Shown: positions 1 to 7,407, counted from the stretch's first letter. The stretch: 18,520 nt of DNA from Candidatus Margulisiibacteriota bacterium (GCA_043816785.1 JBDRHP010000096.1:1-18520); one strand, 5' to 3'. Numbers and translations: made by a program. Notes: generated by a model from the letters alone, not told the origin.

Positions 1-1290
1 AAAAAAGTTGACAAAGTCTTTACCCCTCCCTACGACGTCATCTCCCCGGAAGACCAGGCATATTTCTATAAAGTTCACGATTTTAACTTTATTCGGCTTA
101 TCCTGGGCCAAGAATTCGCCAGTGACAGCGAATATAACAACAAGTATGTTCGCTCGGCCGCTTTTCTGGACGGCTGGCTGCGCCATGAAATCCTGATTAA
201 AGATGAAAAGCCGGCTTTCTATGTTTACGAGCAGCGTTTTAAGGTTGCCGGCAAAAAATACACGCGGATCGGCTTTTTCGCGCTGCTGCGACTGGAAGAC
301 ATGGGACGCGGCAAAGTCTTCCCCCACGAAGAGACCCACTCCCGCGCCAAGCTAGATCGTTTGCAGCTGATGCGGGCAACCTCAGCTAATTTGGAATCAA
401 TTTTCTCCTTGTACAACGATGAAAAAGCCAAGATCACCAAGGTCTTAAAAAATTTCACCAGGCGGAAAGCCATTTATGAGTCGGTTGACCGGGCCAAGGT
501 CTCCCACCGTATCTGGCGCATTGACCGTAAACCCTCGATCACCAAGATCACCAAGGAAATGAGGGATAAAACAGTTTTCATCGCAGACGGCCATCATCGT
601 TACGAAGCAGCTCTAAGATTCAAGAATGAACTTAAGATGAAAAACACCAAATTCTCTGAAGAAGAAGCCTATAATCATGTTTTGATGTACTTTACGCCCT
701 TAGATGATAAGGGACTGTTAATTCTGCCAATTCACCGGGTCTTGCGCAACCTGGTCTATTTTGATCCGGTCAGATTTGAGAAGCAGCTGGCAGAGTTTTA
801 TGAAATTAAAGCCTACAAGGCCTCCAAGAAAAGCGCTGCCAGTGTCAGGAAGAAATTGATGAGAGACCTGGCAAAACTGGGGATTGAAAAACATGTCTTT
901 GGCTTGTATTTAGGCCAGCAGCGCTACTATCTGCTTACTTTAAAAGACGAAAAAATAGTTGAGGAACTGGTTGAGGAAGAAAAGCCCAAGGCCTGGAAAC
1001 GGCTGGATACCACGATACTCCATTACACTGTGTTTGAATCCATCCTGGGGATTGCCCAGGAAACAGAAGACAAACTCATCTACATTAAGGACGATGAAGA
1101 GGCAATAAAATTAGTTGATGAAAAAGGCTGTCAGATGGCCTTTTTGCTTAACCCGACCAAGATCGAGGAGGTAACAGCTATCGCCAGCAAACTGGAAAAG
1201 ATGCCGCAGAAATCCACTTTTTTCTATCCAAAACTGCTTTCTGGTCTGGTGTTTAACAAGATCGATCCTGGGGAAAAGATTAAGCTTTAG
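1..1290 (+). CDS. DUF1015 family protein (5'-truncated by window edge)
   Basis: Frame +1 is open from base 1 (KKVDKVFTPPYDVISPEDQ...) into the 301..1290 ORF. Family motifs PPYDVIS, PHEET, IADGHHRY and MPQKSTFFYPK are present, so the true start is upstream of the window. Confidence 0.9.
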   Translation, partial: KKVDKVFTPPYDVISPEDQAYFYKVHDFNFIRLILGQEFASDSEYNNKYVRSAAFLDGWLRHEILIKDEKPAFYVYEQRFKVAGKKYTRIGFFALLRLEDMGRGKVFPHEETHSRAKLDRLQLMRATSANLESIFSLYNDEKAKITKVLKNFTRRKAIYESVDRAKVSHRIWRIDRKPSITKITKEMRDKTVFIADGHHRYEAALRFKNELKMKNTKFSEEEAYNHVLMYFTPLDDKGLLILPIHRVLRNLVYFDPVRFEKQLAEFYEIKAYKASKKSAASVRKKLMRDLAKLGIEKHVFGLYLGQQRYYLLTLKDEKIVEELVEEEKPKAWKRLDTTILHYTVFESILGIAQETEDKLIYIKDDEEAIKLVDEKGCQMAFLLNPTKIEEVTAIASKLEKMPQKSTFFYPKLLSGLVFNKIDPGEKIKL

Positions 1291-1305
1291 TTCTGTCGCT
1301 CTTAA

Positions 1306-1818
1306 CTATTTTAGAAACCCTATCTTGTTTTTAGTCGTTTTTAGCGGGGTCATGAGTTTGCGGATTGCAGCAAAAATAGCGTAAATCTCACCATCGTGAT
1401 TCTTGACCCTTTGTTCAAGTTCCTTCAATTTATTGGCAAGATCTTTGTGAGTTGATAATATCTCCCGAACCTTAACAAAAGCGCGGACTACTAAAATGCC
1501 AACTTCTGCTGCCTTCCGGGTCCTAAGCACCGAAGAAAGCATTAATGCGCCGTGTTCTGTGAAAACATAAGGCAAATGGCCTCCCAGTTGCTTCCTGGAA
1601 GGTGTCGCAAAATGCGACACCAGAAGATCGGCTTCGGTCTTGGAAAGCTTAAACATAAAATCCGCTGGAAATCGATTAAGATTCCGTTTCACCTGCTCTC
1701 TTAACCTTCTTGCTTTTACTCCATAAAGATCAGCCAGGTCTTTATCCAACATTACCTTTTTACCTCTTAGTAGATATATTTTTCTTTCAATTAATTCTAA
1801 TGGAACTAGCTTGTTCAT
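1306..1818 (-). CDS. ORF6N (KilA-N-like) DNA-binding domain protein
   Basis: IYLLRGKKVMLDKDLADLYGV, VKRNLNRFPADFMFKL, PYVFTEHGALMLSSVL, coiled-coil tail ending KIGF; SD AAAGGAG upstream. Confidence 0.88.
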   Translation of the reverse strand: MNKLVPLELIERKIYLLRGKKVMLDKDLADLYGVKARRLREQVKRNLNRFPADFMFKLSKTEADLLVSHFATPSRKQLGGHLPYVFTEHGALMLSSVLRTRKAAEVGILVVRAFVKVREILSTHKDLANKLKELEQRVKNHDGEIYAIFAAIRKLMTPLKTTKNKIGFLK

Positions 1819-1958
1819 TTCCTAATGGCTCCTTTCCTGGCCATACTAACCAACCCAATCATCGCTAGTAATCTCTTCTCACGCGACGCTTTACTATTAC
1901 CTAATATTCTTTCTAATACTTGGATGCCTTTTTGGCAACTGTAAACATCATTGCTCAT
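1815..1958 (-). CDS. small hypothetical protein, 47 aa (MSNDVYSCQKGIQVLERILGNSKASREKRLLAMIGLVSMARKGAIRK); not in ORF track
   Basis: Hand-translated. SD AAGGAG 9 nt upstream of the ATG; its TGA overlaps the ORF6N ATG (ATGA coupling); it fills the intergenic gap. Confidence 0.65.
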   Translation of the reverse strand: MSNDVYSCQKGIQVLERILGNSKASREKRLLAMIGLVSMARKGAIRK

Positions 1959-1981
1959 TGGTTTCATCTCCTTTTAGTTTA

Positions 1982-2013
1982 GGCGCCCCTCCCAAAACGC
2001 TGAAAGGGACGCC
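1982..2013 (-). other. 13-bp RNA hairpin without U-tract
   Basis: Minus strand GGCGUCCCUUUCA-GCGUUU-UGGGAGGGGCGCC; three G-U pairs form only on the minus (coding) strand. Confidence 0.55.
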
Positions 2014-2020
2014 CAAAAAC

Positions 2021-2254
2021 TTATGCTGCGATCAGCTGAGCTTCCTGCACAGCCTCAACAAATTCTCCCAGCTTATCCTGGAAGATCATGATCCTAAACC
2101 GCTCGAACTTATCCTTTTCTACCAGCTTTGACTCGGTAATAGTTAAATATTTATTGCCGTTAGTCGCTTCTTTTACGTTAACAAAATAAGTCCTTTGGCC
2201 CGCTTTAACCATGCGATTGAAAAGCTCTTTTCCGCTCTTGCCATTTTTTGTCAT
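2021..2254 (-). CDS. DUF3276 / PUR-like single-stranded nucleic-acid-binding protein
   Basis: KAGQRTYFVNVKEATNGNKYLTITESK...RIMIFQDKLGEF matches the bacterial PUR repeat. ATG at 2254 preferred because GGAGGTG lies 6 nt upstream; the track's GTG at 2263 is part of that SD. Confidence 0.85.
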   Translation of the reverse strand: MTKNGKSGKELFNRMVKAGQRTYFVNVKEATNGNKYLTITESKLVEKDKFERFRIMIFQDKLGEFVEAVQEAQLIAA

Positions 2255-2272
2255 CTTTCTCACCTCCTTTCG

Positions 2273-2404
2273 TTAAAACACTTTCTCATAGCTGATAATT
2301 CGCTCCTTTAACCAATTCCATCTCAGCCAGGCTTGCAGCTCTTCCGATTTCATATAGATCTCTCGGATGTGATTAACAGGCAGCTGATAAACCACGCGAT
2401 ACAC
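2273..2404 (-). CDS. small hypothetical protein, 43 aa (MYRVVYQLPVNHIREIYMKSEELQAWLRWNWLKERIISYEKVF); not in ORF track
   Basis: Hand-translated. Strong SD GGAGGTGA, which contains the comM stop codon, lies 6 nt before the GTG; its TAA lies just before the next SD. Confidence 0.65.
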   Translation of the reverse strand: MYRVVYQLPVNHIREIYMKSEELQAWLRWNWLKERIISYEKVF

Positions 2405-2410
2405 TTGATC

Positions 2411-3937
2411 TCACCTCCCTTTGTTATCCAACGACCGATATTGCGTCGCTTCCGCCACGTGTTGCGCAGTAATCGCCTCAGAACCTTCAAGATCAGCAAT
2501 TGTCCTGGCAACTTTTAAGATCTTGTCATAGGCCCTGGCGCTTAGCTTAAGGTGAACAATCGCGGATTTGAGGATACTGGCCGCTTCTTTGTCCAAAAGA
2601 CAATATTGCCGGATCTGTTTTGGCTTCATGTTCGCGTTAGCATAAATGCCGCAGCCGGCAAACCTTCGCAGTTGAATTTCTCTGGCCCGGGCAACCCGGT
2701 TCCTGATCACCCTTGAAGCCTCGCCTTCCGGCATGGCAGAAACCTCTTCGGTATTTAGCCGCGGCACTTCTAGCTGAATATCAATGCGGTCAAGCAGCGG
2801 TTCAGAAAGTTTTCGCCAGTAGCGTTGGACCTGATGAGGAGAACACGTGCAATTCTGCAGGCGATCATATAATCTGCCACAGGGACAGGGATTCATCGCT
2901 GCTACCAGCATGAACTGGGCCGGATAGGTCAGGGCCGAATGGGCGCGGGAAATAGTAACAGTGCTGTCTTCCAGCGGCTGGCGCAAAACCTCCAAAACAC
3001 TGCGATCAAATTCAGGGAATTCATCCAAAAATAATATTCCCCGATGGGCTAAACTAACCTCGCCGGGCCTAGGGATTCTTCCCCCGCCAATTATACCAAT
3101 GTCCGAAGTAGTATGGTGCGGCGCCCTGAACGGGCGGGTAGTGATCAGGGCGCCTTTGCCTTTTAACATTCCGGAAACAGAATAAAGTTTGGTAACTTCT
3201 AAGGCTTCCTCAAGTGATAACGGGGGTAAAATCGTGGGCAAACGTCTGGCCAACATGGTCTTGCCAGAGCCTGGCGAACCTACCAGCAGGACATTATGTC
3301 CCCCGGCCGCCGCCACCTCTAAAGCTCGTTTAACATGCCCCTGGCCTTTAACATCAGCAAAATCAAACCCATAGTCTGGCTCCTCCTGAAAAAGCGAGTC
3401 AAGATCAACTTTGTGAGGCGAGATTGTGATTTTGCCGGCAAGATAATCAGCAGCTTCTTTTAGCGAGCTGACCGGGATAACCTCAAGATCGCTGATCAAA
3501 GCAGCTTCATCCGCATTTCCCTTGGGAACAATTATCTGTTGCTGGTGTTTGGCTAAGGAAAAACAGATGGCCAGCATGCCATTGACCGGCCGGACCGAAC
3601 CATCCAGAGAAAGCTCCCCCAAAATAACCTGGCCGTCAAAATTCCGGCGAGCGACCTGCTCTGAGACCAGCAACATGCCAAGGGCAATCGGCAGATCGTA
3701 GAGCGGGCCCTCTTTTTTAGTGTCAGCCGGGGCCAGGTTAATAGTGAAATAGCCCGGGGGAAAATCAAAGCCGGAATTTTCAATGGCTGCCCGAACCCGG
3801 TCCCGCGATTCCTTGACCGCGGCATCTGGCAGCCCGACAATTGATTGGCCGGGCAAGCCCCGGCTAGCATCCACCTCAACCTCTATTTGATAAGCTTCCA
3901 GTCCCAGCACCGCGGCACTTGCCACCTTAACTAACAC
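2411..3937 (-). CDS. comM: YifB family Mg-chelatase-like AAA+ ATPase (ComM helicase)
   Basis: IVGLPDAAVKESRDRV, INLAPAD, Walker A GSPGSGKT, RPFRAPHH, GEVSLAHRGILFLDE, AMNPCPCG, LSARAYDKILKVARTIADL. Confidence 0.95.
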   Translation of the reverse strand: MLVKVASAAVLGLEAYQIEVEVDASRGLPGQSIVGLPDAAVKESRDRVRAAIENSGFDFPPGYFTINLAPADTKKEGPLYDLPIALGMLLVSEQVARRNFDGQVILGELSLDGSVRPVNGMLAICFSLAKHQQQIIVPKGNADEAALISDLEVIPVSSLKEAADYLAGKITISPHKVDLDSLFQEEPDYGFDFADVKGQGHVKRALEVAAAGGHNVLLVGSPGSGKTMLARRLPTILPPLSLEEALEVTKLYSVSGMLKGKGALITTRPFRAPHHTTSDIGIIGGGRIPRPGEVSLAHRGILFLDEFPEFDRSVLEVLRQPLEDSTVTISRAHSALTYPAQFMLVAAMNPCPCGRLYDRLQNCTCSPHQVQRYWRKLSEPLLDRIDIQLEVPRLNTEEVSAMPEGEASRVIRNRVARAREIQLRRFAGCGIYANANMKPKQIRQYCLLDKEAASILKSAIVHLKLSARAYDKILKVARTIADLEGSEAITAQHVAEATQYRSLDNKGR

Positions 3938-3946
3938 AAACTCCTC

Positions 3947-4315
3947 CTAGTGTATTTGAAAAGCATTTTTATACAGGTCTATAACCTTCGCCCCGTTTGG
4001 CCGGCGATAGATCGTTAAAACATCAAAGCGGCAATTAATATCCTTGATCTTTTTCTTGAGTAAATATGTGCGGGCCGCATGGATAATGCTGTCGCGTTTA
4101 CTTTTGCGCACCGCGCTTAATGGGGAACCGTAAGAACGGAAGGAATAATTCTTTACTTCAATAAAAACGAGGATCTCGTGGTCTTTGGCAATGATATCAA
4201 CTTCTCCCTGTTGGGAGTGGAAATTATTATCCAGGATCTGATAACCAAGCTGACGAAGATATTTTTCAGCGATCTCCTCCCCCTCAACTCCCTGCTTGTA
4301 GCTTTCGATCCCCAT
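3947..4315 (-). CDS. yraN: YraN family (UPF0102) putative endonuclease
   Basis: GEEIAEKYL, GEVDIIA, LVFIEVK, CRFDV; usual yraN-yifB gene order. Confidence 0.92.
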   Translation of the reverse strand: MGIESYKQGVEGEEIAEKYLRQLGYQILDNNFHSQQGEVDIIAKDHEILVFIEVKNYSFRSYGSPLSAVRKSKRDSIIHAARTYLLKKKIKDINCRFDVLTIYRRPNGAKVIDLYKNAFQIH

Positions 4316-4329
4316 GATGCCGGATAAAG

Positions 4330-4346
4330 AGCAAGGTTATTGCCAG
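4330..4346 (-). promoter_or_regulatory. putative sigma54 (-24/-12) promoter of the yraN-comM unit
   Basis: Minus strand CTGGCAATAACCTTGCT = TGGC-N7-TTGC with exact spacing; predicted start site about 4 nt before the yraN ATG, which has no SD. Confidence 0.6.
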
Positions 4347-4385
4347 GCTGGGTCTGCGCTTCTCACGAAGAAACTTGAGATAACG

Positions 4386-4401
4386 TGTCGGGATTTCGAC
4401 A
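4386..4401. promoter_or_regulatory. palindrome TGTCG-N6-CGACA, candidate activator/repressor site
   Basis: TGTCGGGATTTCGACA lies about 40-55 nt upstream of the -24 element. Confidence 0.45.
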
Positions 4402-4407
4402 GGGGGG

Positions 4408-4437
4408 AGGATTAAGGATTAAGAATTAAGGATAAAG
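4408..4437 (+). repeat. imperfect heptamer tandem repeat (AGGATTA)x4
   Basis: aggatta-aggatta-agaatta-aggataa-ag. Confidence 0.6.
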
Positions 4438-4480
4438 AAACCCCCTACCTTCTATAAATGTAATATAAAAAATAGGGGGT
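4434..4480 (-). terminator. intrinsic terminator of hup
   Basis: Minus strand ACCCCCUAUUUUUUAUA-loop-UAUAGAAGGUAGGGGGU followed by UUCUUU, 11 nt after the hup stop. Confidence 0.75.
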
Positions 4481-4491
4481 CAAAGATAACG

Positions 4492-4764
4492 TTAGTTCAT
4501 CAGGTCAAAAAGATTTTGTCCCATGCTGAACTTGGCAACATTTCTTGCTTTAATCGTTAATGTTTTGCCAGTCTGAGGGTTTCTGCCAGGGCGGGCTTTT
4601 CTGCGAACTTTCTTCCAGGTACCAAAACCAACCAAACGGACTTCCTTTCCCTTCTTCAATGAACCGCTGATTGATTCAAACGTGGAATCAAGCATCGCCA
4701 TAACCTTGGTCTTGGGCATTTTGGTCTGCTTAGCAACATGGTTACACAATTCCTGTTTATTCAT
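4492..4764 (-). CDS. hup: HU family DNA-binding protein
   Basis: MNKQEL, VRLVGFGTW, ARPGRNPQTG; SD AAGGAGGTG. Confidence 0.95.
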   Translation of the reverse strand: MNKQELCNHVAKQTKMPKTKVMAMLDSTFESISGSLKKGKEVRLVGFGTWKKVRRKARPGRNPQTGKTLTIKARNVAKFSMGQNLFDLMN

Positions 4765-4803
4765 TTACTTCACCTCCTTGTAGCTCTTGCTTACTCTGAA
4801 AGT

Positions 4804-4833
4804 ATTTTAACAAAGCACTTTGATGGATGTCAA
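4804..4833 (-). promoter_or_regulatory. sigma70-type promoter of hup
   Basis: TTGACA-18 nt-TAAAAT with an extended -10 TG. Confidence 0.55.
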
Positions 4834-4867
4834 GCCGCATCAGGCATTCCGACAAACGCTCCAAACA

Positions 4868-5056
4868 TTACTTAAGCGTAATGCACTGCACCGGACAAGC
4901 CTCAACACATTCTCCCCGACCATCACAATCACCAGGTCTAACCAGTTTTGCCAAGTCATCAACCATTTCCAACGCTTTGGTCGAACAAACATCAACACAA
5001 ATCCCGCAACCCGTGCACTGCCCCTCATCAATCACCGCTTTTTGACCATCAGCCAA
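4868..5056 (-). CDS. dicluster-type ferredoxin with a variant second motif
   Basis: CTGCGICVDVC and CDGRGECVEACP; TTG start immediately after the MFS stop, SD GGGGGTGA. Confidence 0.85.
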   Translation of the reverse strand: MADGQKAVIDEGQCTGCGICVDVCSTKALEMVDDLAKLVRPGDCDGRGECVEACPVQCITLK

Positions 5057-6385
5057 TTAACTCACCCCCTTCTTAACATGTATGTCCATCATTTTCTTAT
5101 CCATTTCCTCCAGCTTTCTGCCAGCCAAAGGATAAAACCAGATCAAAATAAAAGCCAGCGCTAAGGCCATGAGCGGAAGTCCGGCAATTAAGAACCTTAA
5201 ACCAGTTAGCAAGGACCGGGTTTGCGTATACACATAAGGATTGTAGCCAGCCAGGACAAAAACCAGCCCCATGCTCAAGGCTTCCAGGGCAATCGCAAAA
5301 CGAGTGATAAAAGCATTGGCACCAAAAAACATGCCTTCGCGCCTGGTGCCGGTTACCGTTTCATCTTCATCGATCACATCAGCAATCATAAGGTCCACCA
5401 CCAGGATAAAACCAGACAAGCCAATACCGATCATAAAGGCAGTCAGTAAAGTACCAATAAAATTTCCCACAAAAAAAAGTGGGACCAGGGCCACAGCCAG
5501 GACAAGAATGGCAGCCATATAGGAGCGCTTGACGCCAAACTTGACCGCTATTCTTTCCCAGACATAGAGCATGGGGATAGCGGTTAAAAAGGCCGCGGCT
5601 AAGATGGCAGCGGTCCCCGGCGCCCCCTCATCCAGGATATACTTGGCAAAGAAGGGAATCGTAGCCAATATAATAGTAAAAGAATATTGCACAAAAAGAT
5701 TAGAAAAAACAAAAGTCAGGAAAGAGCGATTTTTCAAAGTGGCTTTGAAAGACGCCCAGAGCGGTAGCTGCTTCTCCTGGCTAAATTCCAGATGTTCGTG
5801 GCTGCCCCACAACGCGATCAACAAAGAGACTGAAATAATTACTCCAAAAATCGCTCCCATCCAGGCCCAACCAAGACTGCCGTAAATCAACGGCGGCACA
5901 GCAATCCCCAAAACCAGTCCAATCATGCCAAAACTCTGGCGATAAGCATTGACCCGGGAACGTTCTTTAAGGCTGGGAAACATCTCAGGAAAAAGCGAGG
6001 CCCAGTTTAAAATGGTTACTGTATAAAAACCGTCAAAGAGACAAATAAAACCGACAAAATAAGCAAACAGCAGCATGGTTTGGCTATAATTAGTAAAGGG
6101 TGGCGTCCAGAGCAGAAAATAGGCCAGGCCAAAGGGCACAGCTCCCAGCGCTATGTAGGGAATCCGCCTGCCCCAGCGGGAATGGGTGTGATCGGAAATA
6201 TAGCCAGCCAGGGGATCGTTAATCGCGTTCCAGACAGCATAGATCAGCATGCCAATGGCCGCTAGATACGCTGGCAGCTTCACCACATCAACGTAAAAGA
6301 ATATAATATAGGTAGAGAAAGCCTGGTATGAGAGCGCAGTGGCAACCGCGCCAAAGCTGTAAGCTATTTTTCCGGGTTTCTTCAC
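5057..6385 (-). CDS. MFS transporter, glycoside-pentoside-hexuronide (MelB-like) family
   Basis: WNAINDPLAGYISDHTHSRWGRRIPYI, IADVIDEDE...RREGMFFG, many hydrophobic segments. Confidence 0.9.
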   Translation of the reverse strand: MKKPGKIAYSFGAVATALSYQAFSTYIIFFYVDVVKLPAYLAAIGMLIYAVWNAINDPLAGYISDHTHSRWGRRIPYIALGAVPFGLAYFLLWTPPFTNYSQTMLLFAYFVGFICLFDGFYTVTILNWASLFPEMFPSLKERSRVNAYRQSFGMIGLVLGIAVPPLIYGSLGWAWMGAIFGVIISVSLLIALWGSHEHLEFSQEKQLPLWASFKATLKNRSFLTFVFSNLFVQYSFTIILATIPFFAKYILDEGAPGTAAILAAAFLTAIPMLYVWERIAVKFGVKRSYMAAILVLAVALVPLFFVGNFIGTLLTAFMIGIGLSGFILVVDLMIADVIDEDETVTGTRREGMFFGANAFITRFAIALEALSMGLVFVLAGYNPYVYTQTRSLLTGLRFLIAGLPLMALALAFILIWFYPLAGRKLEEMDKKMMDIHVKKGVS

Positions 6386-6418
6386 TAAAACTCGACTACC
6401 TTTCTAGCCATGGGTGGA

Positions 6419-6595
6419 TCAAAGATTGATCGCTTCTGTCGGACACTGATCAGATATTTCCTCAATATTGCAAGTTTCACTTTCTTGCTTTAAAACAATT
6501 GCCCGACCATCAGAGTCCCAGGCAAATACCTCGGGACAGAGCTCAATACACACGCCGCAGCCGGAACACAAGGCCTGATCAATTTTAATACTCAT
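6419..6595 (-). CDS. monocluster ferredoxin, 58 aa (MSIKIDQALCSGCGVCIELCPEVFAWDSDGRAIVLKQESETCNIEEISDQCPTEAINL); not in ORF track
   Basis: Hand-translated. CxxCxxCxxxCPEVF plus C-terminal CPTEAI; SD AAGGAGG. Confidence 0.9.
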   Translation of the reverse strand: MSIKIDQALCSGCGVCIELCPEVFAWDSDGRAIVLKQESETCNIEEISDQCPTEAINL

Positions 6596-6615
6596 AACAT
6601 ATCCTCCTTAAACCG

Positions 6616-6849
6616 CTAAAGCCCTAATAATTTCTTGATCTTCGTTTTATCGAACCCGACCACGATCTGGCCATCAATATCTAACACTGGCACACCCATC
6701 TGCCCTGATTTGGAGATCATCTCTTGAGCGGCTGACTGGTTAGCCGCCACATCAATATCTTCGAATTGAATATTATTTTCTGTTAAAAATTGCTTGGCCA
6801 TTTTACAGTAGGGACAAGTTGGGGTGGAATAAATTGTTATATTTGCCAT
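6616..6849 (-). CDS. glutaredoxin-like protein (YruB/NrdH type)
   Basis: YSTPTCPYC active site, SGQMGVPV, VGFDK. Confidence 0.92.
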   Translation of the reverse strand: MANITIYSTPTCPYCKMAKQFLTENNIQFEDIDVAANQSAAQEMISKSGQMGVPVLDIDGQIVVGFDKTKIKKLLGL

Positions 6850-6865
6850 TAGCTTGCCTCCCTAT

Positions 6866-7102
6866 TTATAACCGACCCTCATCAAGCAATTTTTGTTTAT
6901 CACGCAGGCGATCACAATCCTCACAGTTTACCGGATCAAAAACTGGCTCCTTGCAAACCGCGCAGGTCAGAATGTTTTTTCCTTTATAATTTTGCAATGA
7001 CAATTGACTAAAACAGCTCGGACAGGTCAGCCGCTCCTTGAGCTTGGTTTGCTCAGGAACATCTATTTTGGATTCACAAACAGGGCATTCAAAAATAGCC
7101 AT
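6866..7102 (-). CDS. small cysteine-rich (double zinc-ribbon-like) protein
   Basis: Four CxxC pairs: CPVC, CPSC, CAVC, CEDC; embedded in a tightly packed operon. Confidence 0.75.
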   Translation of the reverse strand: MAIFECPVCESKIDVPEQTKLKERLTCPSCFSQLSLQNYKGKNILTCAVCKEPVFDPVNCEDCDRLRDKQKLLDEGRL

Positions 7103-7107
7103 AAATT

Positions 7108-7305
7108 TTACGCCTCGCTTAATTCTTTGAGTAATTCATCCCCGTCCAGACCATGGACTTCCGCAGCCTGGCCAATTGTTTCGCCATTTGCAATCACACA
7201 GCCTAAACAATGCATGCCTTTGGACATTAAAATCGGCGCAATCTGCGGTTTTAATTTCAATGCCTCGGCAATGGTCATATCCTTTTTTATTTGTTTTCCC
7301 ACCAT
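7108..7305 (-). CDS. DUF1858 domain (hybrid-cluster-associated redox disulfide) protein
   Basis: IKKDMTIAEAL...GMHCLGC...ETIGQAAEVHGLD. ATG at 7305 chosen for the SD GAGGTGG. Confidence 0.85.
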   Translation of the reverse strand: MVGKQIKKDMTIAEALKLKPQIAPILMSKGMHCLGCVIANGETIGQAAEVHGLDGDELLKELSEA

Positions 7306-7325
7306 CAATTCCACCTCTAGCTAAT

Positions 7326-7354
7326 ATTCTACCAGATTCTCTCTTAAGTTGGAA
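7326..7354 (-). promoter_or_regulatory. putative sigma70 promoter of the DUF1858-ferredoxin operon
   Basis: TTCCAA-17 nt-TAGAAT with an extended -10 TG. Confidence 0.4.
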
Positions 7355-7359
7355 GAAAC

Positions 7360-7406
7360 TTGATTGCTTGCTAATTTTGTGCTACTTTTATAGCAAAAGG
7401 TGTTAC
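7360..7406 (+). promoter_or_regulatory. nikR promoter overlapped by a candidate NikR operator
   Basis: TTGATT-17 nt-TACTTT; half-sites GTGCTAC (7379-7385) and GTGTTAC (7400-7406) are 14 nt apart, a NikR-like geometry. Confidence 0.5.
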
Positions 7407-7407
7407 T

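Noticed and set aside
8..196. 62-aa ORF, and the ATG at 301 as the DUF1015 start
   Set aside because: Frame +1 is open from base 1 and carries the PPYDVIS motif, so 8..196 is an off-frame shadow and 301 is an internal Met.
2258..2419. Direct repeat TCTCACCTCC (near 2258 and 2409) as att sites of an element inserted at the comM 3' end
   Set aside because: Both copies are simply strong SD sequences (GGAGGTGAGA); comM is intact and no integrase is present.
4820..4833. FNR/CRP-like box TTGAT-N4-GTCAA upstream of hup
   Set aside because: One half is the -35 hexamer itself, so the match is largely expected by chance; no cognate regulator in the window.
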